A DNA stretch of 64,000 nt from assembly GCA_963662315.1 (NCBI GenBank), contig OY759353.1:3424001-3488000 (forward strand), read 5' to 3'. The notes beneath the pieces were generated by a model. The model was not told where the DNA came from, ran no database searches, and saw only the letters and a list, made by a program, of their open reading frames with translations. Every line of letters begins with the position of its first letter. Position 1 is the stretch's first letter. The translations under genes were made by a program, and so were the position numbers. Positions 51,050 through 60,381 of this stretch are shown here, in pieces. The stretch comes from Geopsychrobacteraceae bacterium. Its GTDB lineage: Bacteria > Desulfobacterota > Desulfuromonadia > Desulfuromonadales > Geopsychrobacteraceae.

Positions 51050-51370
51050 ATGATGTGGAAAAAAGTTTTGTTGATTGGTTTGATTCTTAGTGCTTTTTGT
51101 GTCAGCAGTGTCTTGGCGGTTGACGGAGGGAACTCCCGTAAAGGGAAGCATCTCTATAAAAAGAACTGTAAAAGCTGCCACAGCGCTGGAGCTGAAGCAA
51201 AGGACTTGACGCCGATGTCGAAAACCATGAAGCAATGGGATCGTTTCTTCGAAAAAGCTGAGCATCCGGGCGACGTGTTCAAGAAAACCTCTGAAAAGGA
51301 TCTGAAAGACATTAACCAGTTCCTGTTCGATAAAGCAGCGGACTCCCCTTCTCCTGAAACATGCGGATAA
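51050..51370 (+). CDS. Small periplasmic monoheme cytochrome c
   Basis: Signal peptide and a single CKSCH. Confidence 0.85.
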   Translation: MMWKKVLLIGLILSAFCVSSVLAVDGGNSRKGKHLYKKNCKSCHSAGAEAKDLTPMSKTMKQWDRFFEKAEHPGDVFKKTSEKDLKDINQFLFDKAADSPSPETCG

Positions 51371-51489
51371 CAAATTAGTCAGCTGAGGTCCGCATTTTAC
51401 GGGCCTCAGCACATAAGATTCGAGCCAGGAATCTTATGTGCCCGCAGAAAGAGTATTCATTTTTAAAATTTCTTTGGGAGGATGTTCGC

Positions 51490-53304
51490 ATGAAAAAACT
51501 ACTTTTCGTATTGCTGAGTGCCTTGCTTGCCATGCCAGGTACTTTGATGGCGCAGCCGACAATTGAGGAACTTCAGAAGCAGATCACTGAAATCGCTGCT
51601 GAACTGGATGAACTTTCCGGGCGCCTGAACAAACCGGAAATGCACTCTGCACTGGACCGGATCAATTTTTATGGTGACCTGCGTGTCACTGCTGACAGCC
51701 TGCATTATCAGGATGTCACTTATAATCCGGGTATTATGGTGGATTTCAATGACTTTTTCACTGAGGCAGCAGAAGGCGCTGGAATGATTCCCGGGGATCA
51801 GAGTCTTGGAACCTTCCAGGACTTCAATATGATGGATCCGGCGTCCAGTGTTATCACCGCGGATTCTACTGCTCTGGATAAAATGTTCTATAACCTGATG
51901 ATGAACGATCCTCAGGCGTTCAATCAGCTGCTGACAAATTTTGGAAACTGGGCCGCTAATGGTATGCCTGCTATCGATCCGGGTGCCTTCCGTATGGCAA
52001 CGGCTCCGAAAACATCGAATATCAATAATGATATCATGTACACCACACGTTTGCGCCTGGGTATGAAAGCCAAGGTCGCCAGTAATATGGATTTCGCTGG
52101 GCGTTTGACCATGTACAAAAACTGGGGCGATTCGACAACCTCAAAGGTTTTCGATTCCTGGAATGCATTTACCATGGACGGTACCGATGGCGGCAGTACT
52201 TCTGGGGACTGGTTGCGGGTCGAGCGTGCCTTCTTCGACTGGAAAGATATTGGTGGCAGCAACTTCTATCTGTCCATCGGGCGTCGTCCGTCGACTTATG
52301 GTCCACCCAGTCAGTATCGTGAAAACGAACTGCGTGGTGGCACCCCCACTGGTCACCTGGTTCACTTCAACTTCGACGGTATTACCATTGGCTATAAGTT
52401 GAGTGAAATCACGGGTATTGAAGGGCAGACCATCCGTTTCTGCTACGGTCAGGGTTTTGAGTCGGAGTGGGGTAACGGAACCCTGTTTAACGATGACATC
52501 ACCAAAAACCTGAAAGACACTCAGCTTGGTGGCTTCAACTTCGATATTTTTAACGATGGACAAACCTTCTTGCAGGCCACCCTGTTCCGCGCTCAGGATG
52601 TTGTTGACGGGTTCAAAGGCACCATCGCCTTCCCAACCCAGTATGGCGCTTTATTTGCGCCGACCATGTATAACGATATGCAAAAGTTCCCGACCTTCAA
52701 CTTTGAAGTTCGCTACACTCCAACCACGGTTATTGGTGATATCAACCTGGCGGCTTTAGGTTTTACTCGTGAAGAGGATAACGGTTTTGTTTGGTTTGGT
52801 TCGTTGGCTATGACCCAGATGGTTCCTAACGGCAAAGCCGGAATGTTTGGTGGTATGGTCACCGACGCTGTTTATCAGGCAACTCTGACCGCTGACGGCA
52901 GTGAAATATACATGGAGCCGGTACGCGCCGAGAACGACGACACCCAGGAAGGCTATGGTGTTTATGTCGGGGTTCAGATTCCTGCACCGATGGGCAAGTT
53001 GGGTCTTGAGTACAACTACGGTTCTCAGTACTGGACGCCATTCACCCAGGCTCAAGATGATCTGCTCGGCAGCAAGCTGGCGACCCGTGGTCATGTTGGT
53101 GAAATCTATTACATTTTTGATATCAACAACAATGCCTTCATCAAGCTTGGCGGCCTTTACTATGATTACGAATACACCGGCAGTGGTTCACCGGTTGGCA
53201 AGCCGGTCAAGATTGACGATATCAAAGATGGCAGCGCTTATTCTATGTTGCCGGTTGTTGATACCGCTTGGGATCTTTACGCGAAGATGACTCTTAAGTT
53301 CTGA
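51490..53304 (+). CDS. DUF3373-like outer-membrane porin-type protein
   Basis: Signal peptide, N-terminal coiled coil, LRVERAFFDW, SIGRRPST, EYNYGSQYW and C-terminal Phe. Confidence 0.78.
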   Translation: MKKLLFVLLSALLAMPGTLMAQPTIEELQKQITEIAAELDELSGRLNKPEMHSALDRINFYGDLRVTADSLHYQDVTYNPGIMVDFNDFFTEAAEGAGMIPGDQSLGTFQDFNMMDPASSVITADSTALDKMFYNLMMNDPQAFNQLLTNFGNWAANGMPAIDPGAFRMATAPKTSNINNDIMYTTRLRLGMKAKVASNMDFAGRLTMYKNWGDSTTSKVFDSWNAFTMDGTDGGSTSGDWLRVERAFFDWKDIGGSNFYLSIGRRPSTYGPPSQYRENELRGGTPTGHLVHFNFDGITIGYKLSEITGIEGQTIRFCYGQGFESEWGNGTLFNDDITKNLKDTQLGGFNFDIFNDGQTFLQATLFRAQDVVDGFKGTIAFPTQYGALFAPTMYNDMQKFPTFNFEVRYTPTTVIGDINLAALGFTREEDNGFVWFGSLAMTQMVPNGKAGMFGGMVTDAVYQATLTADGSEIYMEPVRAENDDTQEGYGVYVGVQIPAPMGKLGLEYNYGSQYWTPFTQAQDDLLGSKLATRGHVGEIYYIFDINNNAFIKLGGLYYDYEYTGSGSPVGKPVKIDDIKDGSAYSMLPVVDTAWDLYAKMTLKF

Positions 53305-53416
53305 TGTTGATGCGGGTTAACCGCAATTGAAAGGGAGAGTCCTGTGGCCTCTCCCTCCTTTTTAATGTTATGTATCTAAAAGTTTGAATATTTAAATTAA
53401 TAAGACTAGGGTGATT

Positions 53417-54766
53417 ATGATGAAACGATATCTGCTGACGATAGCGCTGCTACTGATGGCCGCCTCAGCCTTTGCCATTGATCATGCTAAGGTGCTGAAG
53501 GGCGAGTTTGAAAATGCTACCGAGGTGACCGCAAAATGTCTCAAATGTCACAAGGGGCAGGCGAAGCATTTCATGGAAACCCCTCACTGGACTTGGACTC
53601 GTGAGATGGAGCTTGATGGGAAAAATGTCGAGCTTGGCAAAATCAACGCGATAAATAACTTCTGTACGACGACTTCAAGTAACCGGGTACACTGTAGCGA
53701 GTGTCATGCCGGTTACGGCTGGAAAGATGAACATTTCGATTTTACGGATGCGACCCGGGTTGACTGTCTGATCTGCCACGATACCACCGGTACCTACCAC
53801 AAAGATGGCGATAATTCCGGCTGGCCGGAAAAAGAGGTGAACCTTGGTGAAGTGGCCAGAAGTGTCGGCAAGCCGGTTCGTCAGAACTGCACCTCCTGCC
53901 ACGCTCTGGGTGGTGGTGGCAATAACGCCAAGCATGGAGATATCGGACTGATTCTTGACTATCCGGATCGCAATGTTGACGTTCACATGGATGCGGAGGG
54001 CAATGACTTCCAGTGCCAGGCCTGTCATGAAACTGAGAAACACAATATTTCCGGTGCTAACATGGCGACCTCACCCGATGGCAAGAACGCATTTGGTTGT
54101 GACAAGTGCCATGGCGAGGCTCCACATGAAGAGTCTCGTCTGAATGCCCATGCTGCGCGCGTTGCCTGCCAGACCTGCCATATTCCCGTCTACGCCAAGG
54201 AAGATCCGACCCAAATGGATTGGGATTGGTCAACGGTTGGCCTTGATAAGGCGCCCGAAGGTGTTGACGGCAAAATTGTCCGCTACAAGAAGTCGACCGG
54301 AACCCAGATCTGGAAAACCAACCAGATTCCTTCTTACGCTTGGTTTAATGGCAAGTCAGGGGTTTCTCTGGTGGGTGATAAAATTGACCCAACCCAGGTC
54401 ACCAAGCTGACCTGGCCGCTGGGTGATATTAACGATGACACGGCCAAGATTCATCCGTTTAAAATCCACACCGGAAAACAGGCTTACGATGTTCAGAATA
54501 AATATTTTGTCGCCACCCATGTCTACGGTGACGATGGACTGTGGACGACCTTCGACTGGCAAAAGTCTATTGAGATTGGTATGAGAACCAAGAAGTTGCC
54601 TTACAGTGGTGAGTATGGTTTTGCTCCGACCGAAATGTACTGGCGTCTTGATCATATGGTGGCACCCAAAGAACAAGCCCTGAAGTGTCTTGACTGTCAT
54701 GGCGACAACGGCCGTATGGATTGGGCGGCCCTCGGCTATGGTAGTGATCCGATGGGTGGTAAATAA
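53417..54766 (+). CDS. Octaheme c-type cytochrome, tetrathionate reductase (Otr) family
   Basis: Signal peptide and eight CxxCH motifs (CLKCH, CSECH, CLICH, CTSCH, CQACH, CDKCH, CQTCH, CLDCH); GKINAINNFC and HMVAPK motifs. Confidence 0.88.
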   Translation: MMKRYLLTIALLLMAASAFAIDHAKVLKGEFENATEVTAKCLKCHKGQAKHFMETPHWTWTREMELDGKNVELGKINAINNFCTTTSSNRVHCSECHAGYGWKDEHFDFTDATRVDCLICHDTTGTYHKDGDNSGWPEKEVNLGEVARSVGKPVRQNCTSCHALGGGGNNAKHGDIGLILDYPDRNVDVHMDAEGNDFQCQACHETEKHNISGANMATSPDGKNAFGCDKCHGEAPHEESRLNAHAARVACQTCHIPVYAKEDPTQMDWDWSTVGLDKAPEGVDGKIVRYKKSTGTQIWKTNQIPSYAWFNGKSGVSLVGDKIDPTQVTKLTWPLGDINDDTAKIHPFKIHTGKQAYDVQNKYFVATHVYGDDGLWTTFDWQKSIEIGMRTKKLPYSGEYGFAPTEMYWRLDHMVAPKEQALKCLDCHGDNGRMDWAALGYGSDPMGGK

Positions 54767-54801
54767 GTATTCATTCAGTATCCTTGTTATCCAATAACCA
54801 T

Positions 54802-54831
54802 AAGCGGCCTTCATGCAGGGCCGCTTTTTTT
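54802..54831 (+). terminator. Intrinsic terminator
   Basis: AAGCGGCC-loop-GGCCGCTT followed by a T-run. Confidence 0.8.
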
Positions 54832-54975
54832 ATGTTCAGTCAGATCCTCGTCATATTTTTTCATTAGAATGTCCTCCTGGTAAAAATAACAAATCAATGC
54901 AGTCGTCTGATTTTTGTAGTATTGTTCCGGTTTATTTCAGACATGAGATAATTATTAAACGTGGAGACTGAGGTA

Positions 54976-55953
54976 ATGGCAACATTTCAACCGTATGTGA
55001 TCAGAGTACTGTCTGGCAGCTTTTTCCTGCTCTTATTGGCAGGGTTTGCTGTCAATGACAGTTGGGCAAATGTTGAACTCTCAGCTGCCGGTGGGGTGAT
55101 GAGTGGCTATAGCCAATATGAAATTGGCGGCACAACCATTTACCCTTCAGAAGTGACGGAGTATCATTTTCCCGTTAGTCGTCTCAGATTTCCTGTTGAT
55201 AGCGCTCTGGTCAAGGTCAACGGACGTGTCCGTGCCGGTGAGCACTGGACCTTCAGCCTTGAGATGGCCACAAATCTCACCGAAAATACTGGAGAGATGA
55301 AGGATTACGATTGGGGCATTTACAGTGGTTCCTCACCTGATCAACTTGATGTTTATTCTGAAAGTGACTGCGATATGGAGTTTTTTCAGTTTGATGCCAG
55401 GGGACGTTATCAAATTACTGAAATAATTCTGGGTCACTCAACCATTGGCAGCTGGCGACTTGTTCCGGCGCTGGGGGGTGGCTTCAAATATCAGCATTAT
55501 GATTTCAGCACCTTTGATCTTGACCAGTGGTCACCTTCACATCCCGAGAATGAATCGATCCGTAAATCAGGGAAAGTTCTCACTTATACTGCTGCTTATG
55601 AAATCCCATACCTTGAGCTAAGCTGTTCTCTGGTCCTTCCGGAAAAACTAAGTTTTGATGTTGGCCTGGCTTATGCCCCTTGGCTGAACTTCAGAGACCG
55701 GGACGCTCATCTGCTGCGCGACCGGGTCTCTAAAGCGGATCATCATTGGAATGGCTCAGCTATTATGGTCAATTCCAGCATGCGCTATGACCTTGAAAAT
55801 AACTGGTTTGTTAAGGCTGACCTGGAGCTGGTTTATCTCCAGTCCGAAGGGCGCGCCGATGTGTATGATTCAGGGGTCTGGCACCATTCCATTCAAGAAA
55901 GAGTCGAAAGTCGGCAGAGCAGCGTGTGTGTGTTTCTGGGGTATCGGTTTTAA
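54976..55953 (+). CDS. Omptin-family outer-membrane protease-like protein
   Basis: SRL, MKDYDW, D-x-H (DRDAHLLR) and C-terminal YRF. Confidence 0.7.
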   Translation: MATFQPYVIRVLSGSFFLLLLAGFAVNDSWANVELSAAGGVMSGYSQYEIGGTTIYPSEVTEYHFPVSRLRFPVDSALVKVNGRVRAGEHWTFSLEMATNLTENTGEMKDYDWGIYSGSSPDQLDVYSESDCDMEFFQFDARGRYQITEIILGHSTIGSWRLVPALGGGFKYQHYDFSTFDLDQWSPSHPENESIRKSGKVLTYTAAYEIPYLELSCSLVLPEKLSFDVGLAYAPWLNFRDRDAHLLRDRVSKADHHWNGSAIMVNSSMRYDLENNWFVKADLELVYLQSEGRADVYDSGVWHHSIQERVESRQSSVCVFLGYRF

Positions 55954-56170
55954 TTTTGAATCTCAACAGCTTATGTCATGTAACCGCTTATCTTCTTAAC
56001 TTAGATTCTGTTTTCCGTTCATAAAGAAAAAATGCCTCCGATGTGAAGTCGTGCTCATGAGGTCCTCCCTTTCTAAGGCTGTTGAAAGCTGAACTGGCAA
56101 GAACAATGGCTCGAGCGTTGGACTAATAATGCTGACAAAAGTTTTATAGGCAAACGAGGCGGGAACGGGT

Positions 56171-58165
56171 TTAACGCAACGCCAATTCCTGCTTTTCCAG
56201 TGCCAGCATCTGATCACGCAGCTCGGCAGCCCGCTCAAAGTCTAAATTTGCTGCTGCTTCAAGCATCTGTTGCTTGGTGACGCCGATCTGTTTTTTGAGT
56301 TCATCAGGCGATATGTACTCTGCTGCTGCTTCTGCAACATGCGGGAGCGCAGCGGAATTTTTGCCGGACAGATCTTCAAGAATCGTGCGCAATGATTTTT
56401 TGACCGACTGTGGGATGATGCCGTGTTCTTCATTGTAGGCCAGCTGCTTCGTCCGGCGCCGCTCTGTTTCATCAATACAGGCCTGCATGGATCGGGTGGT
56501 CCGGTCGGCATACATGATGACCCGCCCGTCAACATTTCGTGCTGCGCGTCCGCAGGTCTGGATCAGCGAGCGCTCACTGCGCAGGAATCCTTCCTTGTCG
56601 GCATCGAGAATCGCGACCAGGGCCACCTCCGGGATATCCAGCCCCTCCCGCAACAGGTTGATCCCGACCAGAACATCAATTTCTCCTTCACGCAAGGCAC
56701 GGATGATCTGCATCCGTTCCAGCGTATCGATATCGGAATGGAGATAGTTGACCTTGATATTCAGCTCCTTCAGGTAGCCGGTCAGGTCTTCCGCCATCCG
56801 TTTGGTCAGGGTTGTTGCCAGAACCCGCTGTTGTTTGGCGATGGTTTCGCGGATTTCGCCGATCAGATCATCAACCTGTTCGGTTGCCGGGCGAATTTCA
56901 ATCGGCGGATCGACCAGGCCGGTGGGGCGGATAACCTGCTCGACAAAGACCCCTTCCGCTTTTTCCATTTCGTAGTCAGCCGGAGTGGCCGATACATAAA
57001 CGGTCTGTGGTTGGCGCTCGGTAAACTCTTCAAACATCAAGGGCCGGTTGTCCAGAGCTGAAGGCAGCCGGAAGCCAAAATTGACCAGCGTCTCTTTGCG
57101 CGAGCGGTCACCACGATACATGGCGCCGACTTGGCTGACACTGACGTGGCTTTCGTCGATAAACATCAGTGCGTCATCCGGCAGGTAGGAAAGCAGAGTC
57201 GCCGGTGCCATGCCCGGTTTGCGCCCGTCCAGGAAGCGGGAATAGTTTTCAATCCCCTGACAATAGCCCATCTCTTCGATCATTTCGATGTCAAACAGGG
57301 TGCGTTGCTCAATGCGCTGCGCTTCGAGGAGCATATTATTGTCACGGAAATATTGAATTCGGGTCTGCAACTCATCCTGAATTTCTTTGATGGCGCGTTC
57401 CAGGGTCGGTTTGGTGGCGACGTAGTGGCTGGCCGGAAAAATGGCGGTACGCTCAAGGCGGTCGATGACTTGCCCGCGCAACGGATCTATTTCACTGATG
57501 GCGTCAATCTCATCACCAAAGAATTCAATGCGTAGCGCGCGCTTCTCTTCATAGGCCGGAAAAATTTCAACACTGTCCCCACGGACCCGGAAGGTGCCAC
57601 GGTGAAAATCGATATCGTTACGCTCATACTGAATTTCCACCAGGTTGTGGAGGAAAGCATTCCGGTCGAGTTCCATACCGGTTTTCAGGTTCACCAGCAT
57701 GCCGTAATAGGCTTCCGGTGATCCGAGGCCATAAATACAACTGACGGAAGCGACAATCAGAACATCACGGCGTGACAGCAGGGAGCGGGTGGCGCTGTGG
57801 CGCAATTTATCAATTTCCTCATTGATGGAGCTGTCTTTTTCGATAAAAGTATCTGTGGAAGGGACGTAGGCTTCCGGTTGGTAGTAGTCATAATAACTGA
57901 CAAAATATTCAACGGCGTTGTTGGGAAATAGCTCTTTGAACTCACCGTAAAGTTGGGCTGCAAGGGTTTTGTTATGGGCAAGAACAAGGGTCGGTCTTTG
58001 TAATTGGTTAACAACGTTAGCCATAGTGAAGGTTTTGCCGGAACCGGTGACGCCTAATAACACCTGGTGGCGGTCACCTCGTTCAATTCCTTCACAAAGT
58101 TCTTTAATTGCCTGGGGTTGGTCACCGCGCGGCTGGTAATCTGATATCAGTTCAAATTGGGCCAT
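56171..58165 (-). CDS. uvrB: Excinuclease ABC subunit B
   Basis: [40 protein letters not shown] and C-terminal UVR domain. Confidence 0.97.
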   Translation of the reverse strand: MAQFELISDYQPRGDQPQAIKELCEGIERGDRHQVLLGVTGSGKTFTMANVVNQLQRPTLVLAHNKTLAAQLYGEFKELFPNNAVEYFVSYYDYYQPEAYVPSTDTFIEKDSSINEEIDKLRHSATRSLLSRRDVLIVASVSCIYGLGSPEAYYGMLVNLKTGMELDRNAFLHNLVEIQYERNDIDFHRGTFRVRGDSVEIFPAYEEKRALRIEFFGDEIDAISEIDPLRGQVIDRLERTAIFPASHYVATKPTLERAIKEIQDELQTRIQYFRDNNMLLEAQRIEQRTLFDIEMIEEMGYCQGIENYSRFLDGRKPGMAPATLLSYLPDDALMFIDESHVSVSQVGAMYRGDRSRKETLVNFGFRLPSALDNRPLMFEEFTERQPQTVYVSATPADYEMEKAEGVFVEQVIRPTGLVDPPIEIRPATEQVDDLIGEIRETIAKQQRVLATTLTKRMAEDLTGYLKELNIKVNYLHSDIDTLERMQIIRALREGEIDVLVGINLLREGLDIPEVALVAILDADKEGFLRSERSLIQTCGRAARNVDGRVIMYADRTTRSMQACIDETERRRTKQLAYNEEHGIIPQSVKKSLRTILEDLSGKNSAALPHVAEAAAEYISPDELKKQIGVTKQQMLEAAANLDFERAAELRDQMLALEKQELALR

Positions 58166-58265
58166 TTCATAATCACTTAACAAACAGGGTGAATAAATAC
58201 TTGAGAAACCTGATCTAGCATGGTAGTCCAAAACAGACAAAAAGTCTTGTCCCGGAGGATAAAAA

Positions 58266-59129
58266 ATGCAGGGAAGAAAAAGCAAATTAGCTTACAGTAT
58301 CATGTGGAACGTCGGCCTGATTACGGTTGGCTCCATTATCCAGGCTGTTGCTCTTAAGGGTTTGGCGACACCGCAGAATTTTGTCCCGGGCGGAATTTTC
58401 GGGGTTGCTTCACTGATTTATTATAAGCTGAATATTTTAAATCCCGGTTATCTTTATCTGCTCCTTAATATTCCCTTGTTTATTCTGGGCTACCTGTTTA
58501 TTTCACGGCGCTTTCTCTGGTACAGCGCCCTGTCCATGTGTGAACTGTCTTTTTTTTACCAGGTTGTCTCTGCCGATTTTCAGATCAGCAATCAGCTGTA
58601 TGCGTCCTTGGTGTTTGGCTGCGTTATCGGTGCCGGCGGCGGGATTGTCCTGCGCTCCCTTGGCTCAAACGGAGGACTGGATGTCATTGCCATTATTCTG
58701 AATCAGAAGTTTAATATCGGGGTAGGAAAAACCTATTTCGGTTTTAATCTCACCCTGTTCACCTTAAGTTTTGCCAGTATCGACAATGACCTGGTGATTG
58801 CCTCAATGATCGCCGTGTTTGTCTCATCAATCACTGTTGAGTATGTCCTGTCCATGTTCAACCAGCGCAAACTGACCTTTATTATTTCTGCCAAACCGGA
58901 AGAAATCGCCGAGCGTGTCATGAATGACCTTAAGATCGGCACCACTTTGCTCCCTGCCGTGGGCGCTTATCACCGCCAGGCGCGTACCGTTGTTATGGTC
59001 GTCATTAACAATATTCAGCTGAAAAAACTGGAAGAGATTGTTTTTACCGAAGATGAGCATGCCCTGTTTATTGTGGAAAACACTTTCAGTGTTCTTGGCT
59101 CGACCTTTTCACGGCGCAAATTATACTGA
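58266..59129 (+). CDS. YitT-family membrane protein
   Basis: [20 protein letters not shown] and C-terminal DUF2179-like DEHALFIV. Confidence 0.85.
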   Translation: MQGRKSKLAYSIMWNVGLITVGSIIQAVALKGLATPQNFVPGGIFGVASLIYYKLNILNPGYLYLLLNIPLFILGYLFISRRFLWYSALSMCELSFFYQVVSADFQISNQLYASLVFGCVIGAGGGIVLRSLGSNGGLDVIAIILNQKFNIGVGKTYFGFNLTLFTLSFASIDNDLVIASMIAVFVSSITVEYVLSMFNQRKLTFIISAKPEEIAERVMNDLKIGTTLLPAVGAYHRQARTVVMVVINNIQLKKLEEIVFTEDEHALFIVENTFSVLGSTFSRRKLY

Positions 59130-59308
59130 TTTGCCGGGAACGGTATCGGTTAGGTTGTTGATAGGGCTAAGATCTGCAACTTATCGGAAAACAGTAATAA
59201 TTTATTTTTTGAATTATAATTTTTCTTCTGTTGCCTAAGTATTATTTCTGTCTTAATATATTACCAATATGGTCAGCTAGTGCGGGGGCCTTTTCACCGT
59301 CAGGAGTT

Positions 59309-59434
59309 ATGGGTATGGAACATTTAAGTCAAAAGCAACATCGGAGCATGGGGTCCTATTTTTTCTGGTTTTTGGATCAGTTTGAGAAACTGGCAAGACG
59401 CCTTCGTCCTGACCTGATCGACTATAAGGGTTGA
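59309..59434 (+). CDS. Possible 41-aa small protein
   Basis: CAGGAG RBS just upstream of ATG-GGT-ATG; fills the intergenic gap; no family recognised. Confidence 0.35.
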   Translation: MGMEHLSQKQHRSMGSYFFWFLDQFEKLARRLRPDLIDYKG

Positions 59435-59548
59435 TCATCTCTAACTGATTTAGATCCCGTCGTTTCCTCTGCACTCTACCTGTCTGACTCCGATTACCAC
59501 ATTTTAGCGGTTTGTTTTTTCCTTCTTTCAGCACCGCCAGGCTAACTC

Positions 59549-60367
59549 TTACTGCAGCATAGGCATTTCAGGAACAAGTAATGACGGGTCCAATCGCGTC
59601 TGGAACCAGTTGACGCGCCAGTCAAGGTGTGGGCCGGTAACGCGCCCGCTGGCACCGACTTTCGCAATAATGTCCCCTTGGGCGACCTGGTCTCCGACTT
59701 TAACGTCAATGGCGCTGAGATGAAGAAATGTTGATGACAGGCCCATGCCATGGTCGACAATCAGGGTCTTGCCGGAATAAAACATCCCCTCGTGAGCAAG
59801 GGTGACCACACCTCCCGCCGGTGCTTTGATCGGAGTTCCGGCAGGTACGGCGATATCTATGCCGAAATGCGGGCGACGCGGTTCACCGTTGAAGATGCGT
59901 TGGCTGCCGTAGATGCCGCTGATGCGTCCGCAGGTCGGCCAGATAAATGTTTCGCTGAAGTGCTGTAGAGGTAATGGTTTGGTTCGGGCGTCTTTGACCA
60001 GAGCTGATTCTGCTTTTATGCGTTTCAATTGTTCCTTAGACGGGTGCATCATTTGCTCACTGATACCGTCTACCCGTTCAATCTGGTAATGGCGGGGTTC
60101 GATAGTCACGGTTTGCTCAGAAATACGCCCCTGTGCATCAATCTCTTTCAGGTGGTGGTGCAGCTCGGCATCGCGGCCAAAACCAAAAATAAAATCCCCT
60201 TGCAGCGAAACAGCAATCGGCTGGTCATTCAGCAGAATATGATGACCTGGCTGGGTATGCCCGCGAATTAGCCCTCCCTGAACGAATGCACCGTGCAGCT
60301 GCACTTCGGCAAATAGTGGCCATGGAAAACTGAACATGAGAAGTAGTAGCAATGGTCCGAGTTTCAT
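59549..60367 (-). CDS. M23-family metallopeptidase
   Basis: Signal peptide, HFGID and GPHLDW zinc motifs. Confidence 0.9.
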   Translation of the reverse strand: MKLGPLLLLLMFSFPWPLFAEVQLHGAFVQGGLIRGHTQPGHHILLNDQPIAVSLQGDFIFGFGRDAELHHHLKEIDAQGRISEQTVTIEPRHYQIERVDGISEQMMHPSKEQLKRIKAESALVKDARTKPLPLQHFSETFIWPTCGRISGIYGSQRIFNGEPRRPHFGIDIAVPAGTPIKAPAGGVVTLAHEGMFYSGKTLIVDHGMGLSSTFLHLSAIDVKVGDQVAQGDIIAKVGASGRVTGPHLDWRVNWFQTRLDPSLLVPEMPMLQ

Positions 60368-60381
60368 AATGATACTTCCTG

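Noticed and set aside
56423..57535. Plus-strand ORFs opposite uvrB
   Set aside because: They are antisense shadows of a highly conserved gene.
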